From Eledone cirrhosa (taxonomy: Eukaryota), in assembly GCA_964016885.1 (NCBI GenBank), contig OZ024746.1:48484001-48548000 (forward strand): a stretch of 64,000 nt of DNA, in the 5' to 3' direction. Under the pieces are notes generated by a model that saw only the letters and a list, made by a program, of their open reading frames with translations, was not told where the DNA came from and did not search any database. The position numbers and the translations under genes are program-made. Shown here piece by piece: positions 45,308 to 59,094 of this stretch (the stretch's first letter is position 1; every line of letters starts with the position of its first letter).

Positions 45308-45702
45308 CGGAGGAAATGTGGTAAGGAACAAGGTGGACCATAACGCACCAAAGTACTCAATACTTAGGGTAGTAGAGTGGGTAATAGGAACGAGTAGGAC
45401 CCCGACGGCTTTAATTGCTTTTTAACACTCTCGGTATTTTTCTATATATTTACCCCATATTGTTTTACTTATTGTTTCGACTTCCCCTCTCCCCCTCCCT
45501 AGTATCTTCTTTGACCTCATGCCTAGCTGTAGTCGGCACTATCAACGCATGACTGGGTCTCCTCCACCCCCTCTCCCTCTTTCTCCTACTGGCAGGTTCA
45601 GCTACCCCTTGCCTCCACAAATTGCCATGATAGAATTATTATGTCTCAACAACAAACTTTTGACCAATCCTTGTGACAATCACTTTTACCATATATGGAA
45701 TT

Positions 45703-45798
45703 ACCCCTTGAGAAGCTCGGCTATTCAAATACCAGGATAAAAATTTTCATTTAGTCCAGAATTAGCCGACGAAACGGCTTGAGCTCAGCCGTCGGGGT
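45703..45798 (+). ncRNA. Type I hammerhead ribozyme, U3-A8 core, long stem II (5' pLTR)
   Basis: ACCCC UUGAGAA G(C)UCGGCUA...UAGCCGAC GAAA CGGCU-ugagcuc-AGCCG UC^GGGGU. Confidence 0.78.
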
Positions 45799-45983
45799 CC
45801 TACTCGTTCCTATTACCCACTCTACTACCCTAAGTATTGAGTACTTTGATGCGTTATGGTCCACCTGGTTCCTTACCACATTTCCTCCGTTATCTAGCTC
45901 CTATTCCCGTAGTAGAGCACTTTCCGACCCTACCACGCTGTATCCAGACTTTTCCGCTAAGCTCAAGTTCTTTCACCCGCACC

Positions 45984-48163
45984 ATGCGAAAACACAACAT
46001 CGACTTCTCTACCAAGAACATCCCAGTCCCACCGAAAAAACTTTACCTTCGGATGCTCACGCAAAAAATCGATCTATTTGCGAAAAGACTTAGATGGAGA
46101 ACTTTTTTCTACGACTGATATTGCGACAATCAGGACTTCGGTACCAAGGAGAGATTCGGATTTATTACCTACAAATCTCCCCCTCCGAACCTTATGCTCT
46201 CATCCTTCGAGAATGACCTTTTCCAACTGGTCAAGACCATTAAATTCAAACCCAGACACAACCGATTCCTACAAAAACCCCGTAGCAGCTTAACAGAGTA
46301 TGCTAACACCAATGACATCATGGTGCACTCGGATAAAACTGGTAACCTATACTTTGTCAACCCCGATAGATACCACACACTGATCAGGAGCAGCCTAAAC
46401 TCCACCTATAAAAAGGCTAACCACTCATGCATCGAGGACATAAATCGAGATGGACAACAAATTACCTCCAGCCTCGGGGTCGCCGACCACACGGAACCCC
46501 TAGACCCACGGACACCCTACTTCACACTGAAGGACCACAGATCCGATTTCGACCGTAAACCTTCTATCAGGCTTATAAACCCAACGAAGTCCGACATAGA
46601 GAGAATCAGCAAAAAAATCCTAGACCGCGTTATACCAAAATTTAAGCACACGCCAGACTTAGCCTATGGGTCAACACACAGGAAGTAATCTCATGGTTCA
46701 GCAATATGGAGGATAAACGAGACACTAAATTCATCCAGTTTGACATAGAGAGTTACTATGCTTCAATCACCTTACCGCTACTTACGGCTGCCTTGGACTT
46801 CGCCGAAGCACTTGTGCCCATCACCGACCAGGAAATAAACATCATTCTCCACGCCAGGAAGACAGTCTTACTCTTCGACAACTCCAAATGGATAAAAAGA
46901 GCTCCCGACTCACCCTTCGACGTCAGCATTGGCGCGATGGATTCGGCTGAGGTCACAGATCTTATAGGATTATTCCTAATAGCCAAACTCACCGATATGT
47001 TTCTTGCATTCGGCGGTGGATTGTACCGTGATGATGGGCTCCTTACCCTTAAAGGGTACAACCCCAGTAGTACAGATCGGGTACGTAAACAATTAATCAG
47101 CTTCTTCCGCGACTGGGGATTTAAAATAACCCTACAAACGTCCCTGACCCGAGTAAACTTCCTGGACGTTACCCTTGACCTCGATAATGATCTGTACTAC
47201 CCATACAGGAAACCTAACAACAACCTGCACTACATCCACCGCCGGTCAAATCATCCTAGGAACATCACCAATAACCTGGTTAAAAACATCTCCCTCCGCA
47301 TATCCCGTTTGTCAGCTAATGAGCAGATATTCGAGGAACATGCGCTTTATTACAACCAGGCCCTCAAGCGGAGTGGTTTCCGGGAGGAAATATCCTACTG
47401 TCCAGCTTCCATTAGCGGAACCAGCAGGCGACACCGCCGCTCACGCAATGTAACATGGTTCAATCCTCCCCACAACGCCGAGGTGACAACTCCTATCGGG
47501 AAAATCTTCTTTAGGCTCATTGAAAAACACTTCCCACTACAACACCGCTACCACAACATAATTAACAAAAATATCATCAAACTCTCCTACAGCACCACAC
47601 CAAACTTTGCACAAAACATCGTCTCCTCTAACAACAAAAAACTCAACCCCTATGGAAGAAATAACCTAAATAGCAGTGGAGTGCCGACCAGGAGGTGCAA
47701 CTGTCCTGATGGATCCATTTGCCCCCTCGACAACAGATGCAGAGATCGTAATGTGATCTACCAGTGCAACGTTAGGACGGACACCTCCAACAAAGCTTAT
47801 ATAGGATTAACCGCATGCGACTTCAAGACCGGGCTATACCAACACAGACATACCTTCCGAAACCCGGCCCGGCGTCACGCCACTACACTTTCGGGCCACA
47901 TATGGGACCTCAAGGATAACAACATTACCTATGATCTCACTTGGAGCTTACTGTCCAGAGCCAACTCTTACACAGGAGGACGCCGTCCGTGCAATTTATG
48001 CTCGGAGGAAACTTTACAAATGTTGTTTTCGACGGACCAACTCCTAAAGAAGAAAGATGAACTGGTTACTGCATGTAAACACAGATTGCGCAGGACTTAC
48101 CTCGCCCTCAAACCCCATAATGACCCCGGGGGGGGGGGGGGGGGGTTTAGACTAGGGCTATAA
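45984..48163 (+). pseudogene. Naiad-type PLE RT-GIY-YIG polyprotein with one in-frame TGA and one frameshift
   Basis: Motifs MRKHNIDFSTKNIPVP, KRLRWRTFFY, SDKTGNLY, FTLKDH, RLINPTKS, QFDIESYY, FDVSIGAMDSAEV, GLYRDDGL, NFLDVTLDL, WFNPP, CNC-CPL-C, NVIYQC...YIGLT and CNLC...CKH. TGA at 46116-46118, frameshift near 46650. Confidence 0.92.
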
Positions 48164-49281
48164 CACCCCACTTGCCGATTTTGTAACGGGTAACCCCCGC
48201 TTGCAAAGGTAGACGTAAGATCTTCTTTTATATCTTTTTATCGCTTCCTCTATATTTCCTTCTACCCCCATCCCTCCCTAGTCCTTCCACGCCAGTCCAC
48301 TTTCTTTGTCGTCGTCCTTTTCATTTTCTCGCCCACCTGAGGCAGCCCCTCGTTCCTTTGTAGCCTCAGTACCCCCACCCCCTTCCCCTATTCTATGATA
48401 GATTTGGCCGACTCCGCTTTTTATAGCAGATGTGTTAGACACCGGATACTTGCCTTCTTATCCGATCGCTGCCCCTTTTCCGTGCTTTCTATATTTCTTA
48501 GCGGTATCTTTGCTTTAATTTCTTGTATATCAGTATTTATTGGGGGGGGGGGGGGAGGGGGGATTCTGAATTAATTTTCCGTATCAAATTTTTACTTTTA
48601 CTTCGTACGAGCATTTATGTAGTTTGCACTAGAATTTTTTGTATCGTGGCGGCACCCTTAGAGATAGTATTAGTATTCTTTTTCGGGATTCTGAATTATT
48701 ATTTCGTATTAGTTCATTTTTTTGCACTGGGTGGTTGCTGGCCTTGTGCCTGGGGTAGATACCTTCATTTATTATTTCGTGGTAGTTTCTTTAGTATTTT
48801 GGCCCCTCACTTGTTGACCCGTCACCGTAAGATATACTCGGTTTATTACTTATACCTCTTAAAAGGGTCTCATTATAATTCCGTCCCACCTAGTAAACCT
48901 TTCTTTAGCCTAGCAGTACAAGTGAGAGACTTGATAGCTGTCCTTAGGTCGTAGTAACCAGAAATTGTTTATTTTTTTTTTTTTACATTTAATTGCTTTT
49001 TAACACTCTCGGTATTTTTCTATATATTTACCCCATATTGTTTTACTTATTCTTTCGACTTCCTCCCCCTCCCCCTCCCTAGTAACTTCTTTGACCTCAT
49101 GCCCAGCTGTAGTCGGCACTATCAACGCATGACTGGGTCTCCTCCACCCCCTCTCCTCTTTCTACTACTGGCAGGTTCAGCTACCCCTTCCCTCCACAAA
49201 TTGCCATGATAGAATTATTATGTCTCAACAACAAACTTTTGACCAATCCTTGTGACAATCACTTTTACCATATATGGAATT

Positions 49282-49376
49282 ACCCCTTGAGAAGCTCGGC
49301 TATTCAAATACCAGGATAACATTTTCATTTAGTCCAGAATTAGCCGTCGAAACGGCTTGAGCTCAGCCGTCGGGGT
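49282..49376 (+). ncRNA. Type I hammerhead ribozyme, U3-A8 core (3' pLTR copy)
   Basis: Same fold as 45703-45798, with the GUC cleavage triplet at 49369-49371. Confidence 0.78.
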
Positions 49377-49386
49377 CCTACTCGTT

Positions 49387-49505
<119 letters not shown>

Positions 49506-50354
49506 TTAGATAGATATATAGATAGATAGATAGAGAGAGAGAAAGAAAGAGTGAGAGAGAGGAAAAAAGAATGCTACCCCAACAGAATAAGCTGGAATAT
49601 AAAACATGTAAACTGTGTTTTAAAATTAGATAGATACATACGCCAGTTGTTTAACCGAAAGCAGCAGAAACGGGGCATGAAGAAAAACGACGTTTATGAA
49701 ATGAAATGTAGGTTCAAGATCGCGCGAACAAACTTCATGCTACCTGTTCTTTAGTGCGAGAGGAAAGAAACAGTAAGAGTAGCTGAACAAAAAGGAAGAG
49801 AGAATTCGGGCGAAAAGTATAGAAGGTTAGAAAGATAGAAATGTTCACGGTGGATATTAGGAATGCAAGTTTAGAAGAAATACGATGTAGCGTCGGAAAA
49901 GTCTGTAAAATACCGTATTTCCGAGCTTTTCATTCGGAATGTGGAACAGAATTGATTTCCTTTGTTAACACTTTGAATTTACCCGCCAAAAACTGGGGGT
50001 TACTTCCCTTGTTGGAAATAACACGTGACAGTGAAACACTGAGGGCTGCCAACGATAGCAGTTCAGCGTTACATTCCACACCGGCTTGAGGCATAGAACG
50101 AAATTTCCTGTTGATGACGTGAATCCACTGTTCGATCATAGAATACCACAGGTTTACACATTACGTAAGCTGGATGAATGATTTCAGTTTTCATAGAAAC
50201 TTATCGGACGTATTGAAAAATATCGTTCGATATGTCCAGGTGAGTTGTCTAACCTGATTAGTTTTTTCGTTGCCTTTGGTATTGTGTGGCTAGGTCTGCA
50301 TGCCGCAATTTTCAATTTGTCAAACTGTCTAAACGTATGTTATTACTCTAAGGG

Positions 50355-50663
<309 letters not shown>

Positions 50664-50685
50664 TTCCGTATAACCATGTCTATTA

Positions 50686-50723
50686 CGAGCTGAAGATCCG
50701 CTAAGGTGAAACAATTGTTCTCG
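50686..50723 (+). ncRNA. Minimal type I hammerhead ribozyme (canonical core, GUU triplet)
   Basis: CGAG CUGAAGA UCC-gcuaa-GGU GAAA CAAUUG UU^CUCG, with palindromic stem III. Confidence 0.72.
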
Positions 50724-50752
50724 GTATGGTGAACTAACTGTTGTGTAATCTC

Positions 50753-50830
<78 letters not shown>

Positions 50831-50899
50831 TATGAAGAGAGAAGAAACATTTAGATATAATTATTAATAAAATGTATCATACCTAAACTGTTCCTAAAT

Positions 50900-50987
50900 T
50901 CCTCGACTACGTAGTTTCGTGGCATAAACAAAAACAATATATCAAAGATATAGAGTCCTTGCGAGGTCCGCCGACTTATCAAGAGGA
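50900..50987 (-). ncRNA. Type I hammerhead ribozyme, U3-A8 core
   Basis: UCCUC UUGAUAA GU(C)GGC...GCCAC GAAA CUACGUAG UC^GAGGA, with a 5-bp stem I and palindromic stem III. Confidence 0.78.
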
Positions 50988-51490
50988 TACCTCATTTTAC
51001 TAGTCTCAAGAACGCGTCTACACGACGTGAGAAAGAATCCCAAAAGGCGGAGGGGGAGATAGTCACGCGATATAACGGTCGAGAAACAGAGCTAAGCCTC
51101 TTATAACCACGAAAAAAATACCACGGAGGCGGAGGGGGTATTCATATCGAGGCCGTAGAAGAGGTAGTGAAGAAGGCGAGAAGTATGAGTAATGGAAGCT
51201 TTCCAGTTGTCCCCACACTTCAAAGATTGCTCGACCAGAGGGAGTTATTAATACATTTAGAAACACACAGATACATGCGGACACACACATATATACATGA
51301 ATGCATCCGCACCCAACTGTGAGTTAAGGGTGCCAACTTCACCGATGTTGCTCAATGAATGACTGGGACAGACCAATTCAGTTTGAACCAGACTGAACCA
51401 GTATCAGAGTTAAAAATACATTATGAAGAGAGAAGAAACATTTAGATATAATTATTAATAAAATGTATCATACCTAAACTGTTCCTAAAT

Positions 51491-51578
51491 TCCTCGACTA
51501 CGTAGTTTCGTGGCATAAACAAAAACAATATATCAAAGATATAGAGTCCTTGCGAGGTCTGCCGACTTATCAAGAGGA
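51491..51578 (-). ncRNA. Type I hammerhead ribozyme, U3-A8 core (second tandem copy)
   Basis: Same fold, 591 nt from the first copy. Confidence 0.78.
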
Positions 51579-52135
51579 TACCTCATTTTACTAGTCTCAA
51601 GAACGCGTCTACACGACGTGAGAAAGAATCCCAAAAGGCGGAGGGGGAGATAGTCACGCGATATAACGGTCGAGAAACAGAGCTAAGCCTCTTATAACCA
51701 CGAAAAAAATACCACGGAGGCGGAGGGGGTATTCATATCGAGGCCGTAGAAGAGGTAGTGAAGAAGGCGAGAAGTATGAGTAATGGAAGCTTTCCAGTTG
51801 TCCCCACACTTATATCTTTGATATATTGTTTTTGTTTTGTTTATGTATATCTTTGATATATTGTTTTTGTTTATGCCACGAAACTACGTAGTCGAGGAAT
51901 TTAGGAACAGTTTAGGTATGATACATTTTATTAATAATTATATCTAAATGTTTCTTCTCTCTTCATAATGTATTTTTAACTCTGATACTGGTTCAGTCTG
52001 GTTCAAACTGAATTGGTCTGTCCCAGTCATTCATTGAGCAACATCGGTGAAGTTGGCACCCTTAACTCACAGTTGGGTGCGGATGCATTCATGTATATAT
52101 GTGTGTGTCCGCATGTATCTGTGTGTTTCTAAATG

Positions 52136-52172
<37 letters not shown>

Positions 52173-52394
52173 GGAGAGAGAGGGAGAGTGAGAGGGAGAG
52201 AGAGAGAGCGTATGCGGTACTGAGACCAAGGAGACCACTAATCATGTGAGTACTCGATGCATGGAGAGATGTAGAGTGGATATAGAGATGTGTCAAATCT
52301 CTGACACTCAAGCCGAAACCGCTTGGCACCGCAGTCGGGATTTTAAACTCATCTCTCTCCCTCTCTTTCTTTCCTCTCTCTCTCTCTCTGTCCC

Positions 52395-52432
<38 letters not shown>

Positions 52433-52591
52433 ACGGCAGAGAAAGAGAAACATAAAAATAAAGCGAAAGCGAGAGAGTCCACAAGGTCGACGTATATGGC
52501 AAGGCTGAATGTATATTTATGAAAGGAAATCATGTAAATATATTCCTGATTTGTCTATAAACATGCTTTACCTGTATTTTAAAATTTTCGT

Positions 52592-52715
<124 letters not shown>

Positions 52716-52732
52716 GTGCACACACGCACACG

Positions 52733-52771
<39 letters not shown>

Positions 52772-52774
52772 GCG

Positions 52775-52872
<98 letters not shown>

Positions 52873-54049
52873 TATACGTGTGTGTATGTGTATCTGTAAG
52901 TATGTATGCAACTATGTATGTGCTTGTGTGTTATATTTATTTTTAACACGCCAATACTGAGTTATAAATGCTGATGTAAATATATCAACACAAATCTGAT
53001 ACTACGATTTATTAAATTCGGTAACGATTAATAAATTAAATTTGGTTTCGATAATTGAAAAGTTTAGGCTATTTGATTAGTTTAGTTTTCCTTTAATGAT
53101 GAAATGGGCTTGTGGTATATAATTTAACATTGACTTATATATAAAACTACTGATTACATTTTCCGTGTTATTAAAATAAAATTCTAATGAAGATCTTAAG
53201 AGAGAATTTGGGCGCAGGCACGGTTCTGCGTTAGATCTATAGCTTTAGATAGACTCAAACTTTGTGGGATGAATCTGTGTAGACGGGAACTACGTGTTTA
53301 TTGGAATATGTATGTTTATAGAGCAATATATTCAGTAGGAAGTATGCGGAGCATAGCTCTAATATCAAGATAAACATGTCCTTCCTCCTACACCACTATC
53401 AAATCACCAGCATAACAACGTGCGAACTTCTCCACCAACCCTGTTCTATCACTTTACTTCTGACTATGCTATAAGTAAGAAAGGCAACATCTATTTCGGC
53501 TCATGCTATTAAGCAGCCTACACAGTTTTCTCAACTAAAGGAAACCTCAAGTCGGTGAAAATATATATTATGTACATCCGGTTCGTTAAACGCAATGAAA
53601 TAAGGTCATTTGGCTAACAACAACAACAATTGCCAGTTACTAAATTGTATTGACCAGTTCTCGGATTTCTTTAAAGTGATTTCTACTATTAATCCAAAGT
53701 ACCTCCTATTAAATTGCTTTCGGCTTTTATATCATATTCCGTTTCGCTAATCCTACGATTTGCCGTTCTATGACAGATATTTAGATCCAATGAAAGAATT
53801 ATTAGATCTTAGAATGGAATGCATTCTAAAGATTCAATATCAGGATTTCTTTGTGAACCGAACCAATTTATTGGCACTCTATTTTACATCAATCAATGAA
53901 TAACACAAAATCGCTGTTTCGTATAGGTTTTTAAAATAGGAAACAACCATTATCTCTCTCATTTTTACTTCTATTTCCATTATTTTCTATTTTCCACCGT
54001 GTATGTGATTATATATTAAATATACATACATACATTATGTATTAAATAG

Positions 54050-54178
<129 letters not shown>

Positions 54179-54376
54179 TAATATTATTCAAAATATTAAT
54201 AAATGAGAAATATTATCATAACCAAAGTATATATTTTATTATACATATTTCAAAGGTACAATGCTGTTTCAGTACGTTTTCATCAGATAAAATATATAAG
54301 AGATACCGCTAAGGTCTTGAATCTTCAATTCCTGTATACATACATACATATATATATATGTATGTATGTATGTAGT

Positions 54377-54500
54377 GGAGGCGCGTGGCTGAGTGGTTAG
54401 AGAATTGGATTCACAATCGTGAGGTTGTGAGTTTGATTCCCGAACCGGGTGATGCGTTATGACCTTGAGCAAGACACTTTATTTCACGATGCTCCTTCTA
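54377..54500 (+). mobile_element. SINE B 5' part
   Basis: GGCGCGTGGCTGAGTGGTTAGAG...GAGTTTGATTCC...CCTTGAGCAAGACACTT. Confidence 0.75.
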
Positions 54501-54719
54501 CCTGGAGTTGCGACCGATAGATAGTATTAGCAATGGAAAATACCAATGGAAACATTGTTTCCTCGGTCCAATTTGACGAAAGTCGATCGACTGTCGATGT
54601 ATGTATGTGTGCGTATGTGTTAGAAAGAGTCGGGGACCGACGGCTGAGTTCCAGGCGTGAAAACGTGTGTTATACTTTTACCAATAAAAACAAACGCTCC
54701 TGCTGATTTCACTTCAATT

Positions 54720-55230
54720 TATTTTAAATTTCTTGTTGCTATTACCACCACCATTTTCAGTGACCACAACTGCTTAACCTCCCAAGCTAACCTGTAATAT
54801 CTCTCAATTGTTTTCCCCTTTTTATCGCATACCTTGTTATCAGCTGGACAGGCTATATCTATGATCGAACACTACTTTCTTTCTCAATTAATACAATATC
54901 TGGTCTCCTATGCTCTATCTCATGGTCATACTGTATCACAAAGTCCCGCAGGGTCTTTGCATCATCATTTTCGATAACGCACTCTGTCAAGTGCATATTT
55001 GTCACAAAGTGTCCAATGGGCTATTCTAGCTATGTTGTCCTGACATCTTGTATATTCTTTCTAAGCTAGTGGTGTACATTGACTGGTAATATGCCATTCA
55101 ATTTCTCCATCATGCCACAAATTCTACACTTATCACTTTCTGTTGTGTAGTCTACTTTATGCTTGATGTAATTAGTTATTTGTGCTTGTTCTTGAGCAGC
55201 ACAGATTAAGGCTTAGCATTCACATTACTC
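54720..55230 (-). pseudogene. Degraded R4/Dong-like LINE zinc-knuckle/RLE region
   Basis: AAQEQAQITNYIKH, DKCRICG...HITSQC, DNIARIAHWTLC and HRRPDIVLI...IIDIACPAD. Confidence 0.7.
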
Positions 55231-55879
55231 TATCTTTACTATTGTATTTTCACAATAAAGGCTTTATCTTACATCATTATCTCATATAATATCGGATCTA
55301 CAACATTTTGATGTAATTTATTTCGAGATCATTACTTTAACATCAGTATGAGGGACCAGTTACAGCCGGTTTAAACAGAAAGAAGTGAGAGAATACGGCC
55401 GGTTTAAATGTTAAAGGGTTAAGGCTTCTGTTTCACGCTTTAGATCAATTTTAGCCATCTGTAACTATCTTTTTTCTCTGTCCTATCTTCAATATCTCTA
55501 TGGAATTGTCCATACATTCTTTTTTCTGTCCATCTACTTTCAGTTTCATCCATCTTCAAATGCTTGTACTGTGTTTTTTCTTTGCACAGACCTGACCTTC
55601 TTGATTCCAGCATCAAAGATGCTCTGGAATTTTATGTACCACGCCATGGCAACAGCTAAAGCAAATTATAACAACACCAACTCACGCCACTTCCTTACTA
55701 CATCACCTCCGAAAAAATATTTGAAATAAATAACAGAAGTCCGACACCGCCACAACACCAACAGCTAAAACATAAAATTTAAAGACAAGTCATTTGATAC
55801 AAGCAACACATTCCAAAGGCAAAACAGCATAACATAGCCGAAGTCAGTAACAACAGCAAGACCACCACCACCACCACCA

Positions 55880-55915
<36 letters not shown>

Positions 55916-55929
55916 GTTATTGTTATTCC

Positions 55930-56160
55930 TTGAATCTCAGTCATTGATGTTGGTTAACTGGAAAGTCCGTTGGATTGAATATCAAGCCACTACCTGCAGC
56001 CTCAGATATTCAGGACGTATCGGAGGGTTCTTGCTGTTCCAAGCAAGCATGCCTTTTGAAGCGTTCCAAAAAGCGTGAAGGGGCCGATTTTCTTTAACCA
56101 TCCCTGGAAACTTTTGGAGATAGTCCCCAGTGCGCCTATGACAATCGGGATCACTTTGAC

Positions 56161-56162
<2 letters not shown>
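55930..56162 (-). mobile_element. R4/Dong-like LINE 3' end flanked on both sides by (TTA)n
   Basis: VKVIPIVIGALGTISKSF...LQKACLLGTARTLRYVLNI*, with (TTA)n at 55880-55927 and 56162-56209. Confidence 0.75.
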
Positions 56163-56210
<48 letters not shown>

Positions 56211-56400
56211 GGGCGGTGGATTGGCAGTATCGGTAGAGGGTCCGACGCCATGCTTTAGGGCAAAGAGTTACGGCCCTTTATGGTCTGAGTTCAAATCCCG
56301 CCGAGGTTTACTTTGCCTTTCATCCTTACGGGTTCGATAAAATAAAGTACCAGTAATACACTGGGATAATTGCAGGCCTTCTGCCAAAAGTATAAACAAT
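56211..56400 (+). mobile_element. SINE A, full length, in (TTA)n
   Basis: Consensus match with (TTA)n on both sides. Confidence 0.9.
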
Positions 56401-57110
56401 TATTATTATTATTATCATCTCTCTTTTTCTGTCTGTCTCACACACACTCTCTCTCCCTCTCTCTATCTATCTATCTATCTCTATATATATAGTGTCTACA
56501 TGTGTGTCTATGTAGATATGTGTATCGCCTTTGGGGGTTAGTTGTGAGTATGTATATGAATGTATGTGTGTGTGTGAGTGATATGAGTGCGCGCGTAGAC
56601 AAAAGAATTAGTCCGCATGAACAATGAAAGTCATCTTATTTCTCTATTACAACCATACAGAAATGTTAATCCCTAACAAATACTAAGTAGCAGTGTTGTC
56701 ACGCTTTCTTTCCACATATTGCTACAAATCTTCTGTTAATATAAGATGAGAACACGGACATCTGTTGTGTATCGATAGCCATAAGGCTTCTGTTATCCAA
56801 TTGGATTTTTAAAGTTTGAACAGGCACATCAGTCAGACAATGGAGCTAAAGATATGATATATTACTATAATTAAATGTAGAAGTATCTGGAAAAGCAAAG
56901 ACGCATCACGAGTCTAAGGAAATTGTGCACATGCAGGTAAGCGCATTCATAAACATACACATTAAAAACTTAAACCCAATCGCATCCACATATGCACATG
57001 CAGTTTAATGTCATATATATATGTGTACATGTCTGCCATGAAGATTTCTTACAAATGAAAGAGTTCTCGTCTTGTAGAAATCATTTGCATATTAATAACA
57101 ATATATATAT

Positions 57111-57175
<65 letters not shown>

Positions 57176-57539
57176 ATTTATATTTGTCCACACACACACA
57201 CACATGTATATAAATATAAAGAAAGCGCTCAAGCGCAGAAAAGCTATAGCGATAGCTTATAAAATAAGGTGAACACCCTTAAAAGACCGAATTAGAAGTA
57301 GCCATCTGCGTTTGAGTTTGAACACTTTCTTTGCATTATACACATATACACACACATATATAAGTATTTATGCTTGTATATACAAACACACGCACATACA
57401 CACACACACATACACACACACGCACATACACACACATATATATGTATATATACTTATATATATATATACATCTATATATATGTATATAAGCATCTATATA
57501 TATGTATATAAGTATATTTTTCAGTAACTTCTCAATCAG

Positions 57540-57940
57540 CCGACACAAACCTACATTTGGCGCAAAATCAATGTTTAACATTCACATGACCTATACCGAC
57601 CAATCAAAATTGTTTTGACCACAAGAATTTTTGCAACACGAATTGGCACGAAACTTATTTTAACACATCTGGAGCCACTTTTTTCACATAAAACAGGTAG
57701 AATTTCCCAAACTAATCAGATTAGAGCAAACATCACGGGCGCTCTATCTCAAAATTATTTTTGAAAAGCATTAGAAATGCGCAACCGGTAAAACTTAAAA
57801 CCAAAATTGAATACTAACCAATACTATTACTAATTTTTACTTATTCCTAATTAAACTATATTTCACTGGGAACAATTTGTCAGCATTTTCCTTTCCGTTT
57901 ACCAATATATCATAACTCGTGTGTTACACCTCTATTCTTT

Positions 57941-57943
<3 letters not shown>
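57540..57943 (+). mobile_element. Solo 3' terminus (pLTR) of the Neptune-like PLE family
   Basis: Diverged homologue of 34575-34910 and of the mirrored 28823-29200. Ends in (TA)n. Confidence 0.8.
57758..57793 (+). ncRNA. Minimal hammerhead-like motif, U3-A8 core with GCAA in place of GAAA
   Basis: UUU UUGAAAA GCAU-uagaa-AUGC GCAA CCGG UA^AAA, the same architecture as 16814-16849. Confidence 0.55.
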
Positions 57944-58033
<90 letters not shown>

Positions 58034-58901
58034 ATGTGTGTTTGTATATGTGTGGTACTGCTATCAAAGTTTTGCTTTGATGTATTTAAATAGACTTATA
58101 GTCTGGGTAAAAAAATTCATTAATTTCTAAATCAATTTATATGATACAACAGAGAAAACTAAAGCACATCGTTTTAAAATGTTCCCTTGTTGATAGGAAA
58201 CGTCGGTATTAAGATTTCCTTCTTTCAGGCATCGATGTAATCTGCTGCCTACACTTTATTTTAAATTTCACATCTCTGTAGATAAGAGGCTATATCAACC
58301 AAGTCGAAGTATATTAAAATTGACATTGCAACCATATACACACCCGCACACACGAACATACACTTGCAAATATACACATACACACTCACATACACACACC
58401 ACATGCACACGCACATATACACACTCACTCATACATACATATACATACACAAGCACACACACACACACGCACATACACACGCACACATATATATATGTAT
58501 ATGTGTATATGTATGTGTGTATACATATATATATTTATATGTATGTGTATATATAAATACACACACACACATATATATAGAGAGAGAAAGCGAGAGAGAG
58601 AGACATACCTAATAATCTTTCTGGCTATTCATTCATTAATAGTTACTCAACCACATACAGGCCGGTGATTCTCAATGGTGTTTATAAATAGAATATTTTA
58701 TAATAATTTAAGAACTATGGAATAATGTCTATATGTGCATATGTGCACTGCGCTCGTCTACATAGACAGACAGATACACACACACACACACACCCTCTCC
58801 CTCTCGCACACACGCACACAGACAGGCACACAAACGCACAGATTTACATATCGATATTCCAAATCTATATTAATTCTTATAAACACATATATGTGTATAT
58901 T

Positions 58902-59063
<162 letters not shown>

Positions 59064-59094
59064 CAGTCTTCTTAAGTATTTTGAAGTGAAATGT

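Larger units (their letters stand above)
50827..52135 (-). mobile_element. Non-coding HHR-bearing tandem element (591-bp period) with inverted partial copy
   Basis: 50827-51220 is repeated at 51418-51811. 51847-52135 mirrors about 51252-51543. Flanked by (TA)n, with no credible protein-coding ORF. Confidence 0.85.

Noticed and set aside
46116-46118. In-frame TGA in the Naiad-like ORF as selenocysteine (some Naiads encode selenoproteins)
   Set aside because: It falls in a variable N-terminal stretch rather than at a conserved Cys, and all zinc-finger Cys codons are TGY. The copy also has a frameshift, and no SECIS was recognised by eye. A nonsense mutation is simpler, though a SECIS search of 48163-48990 would settle it.
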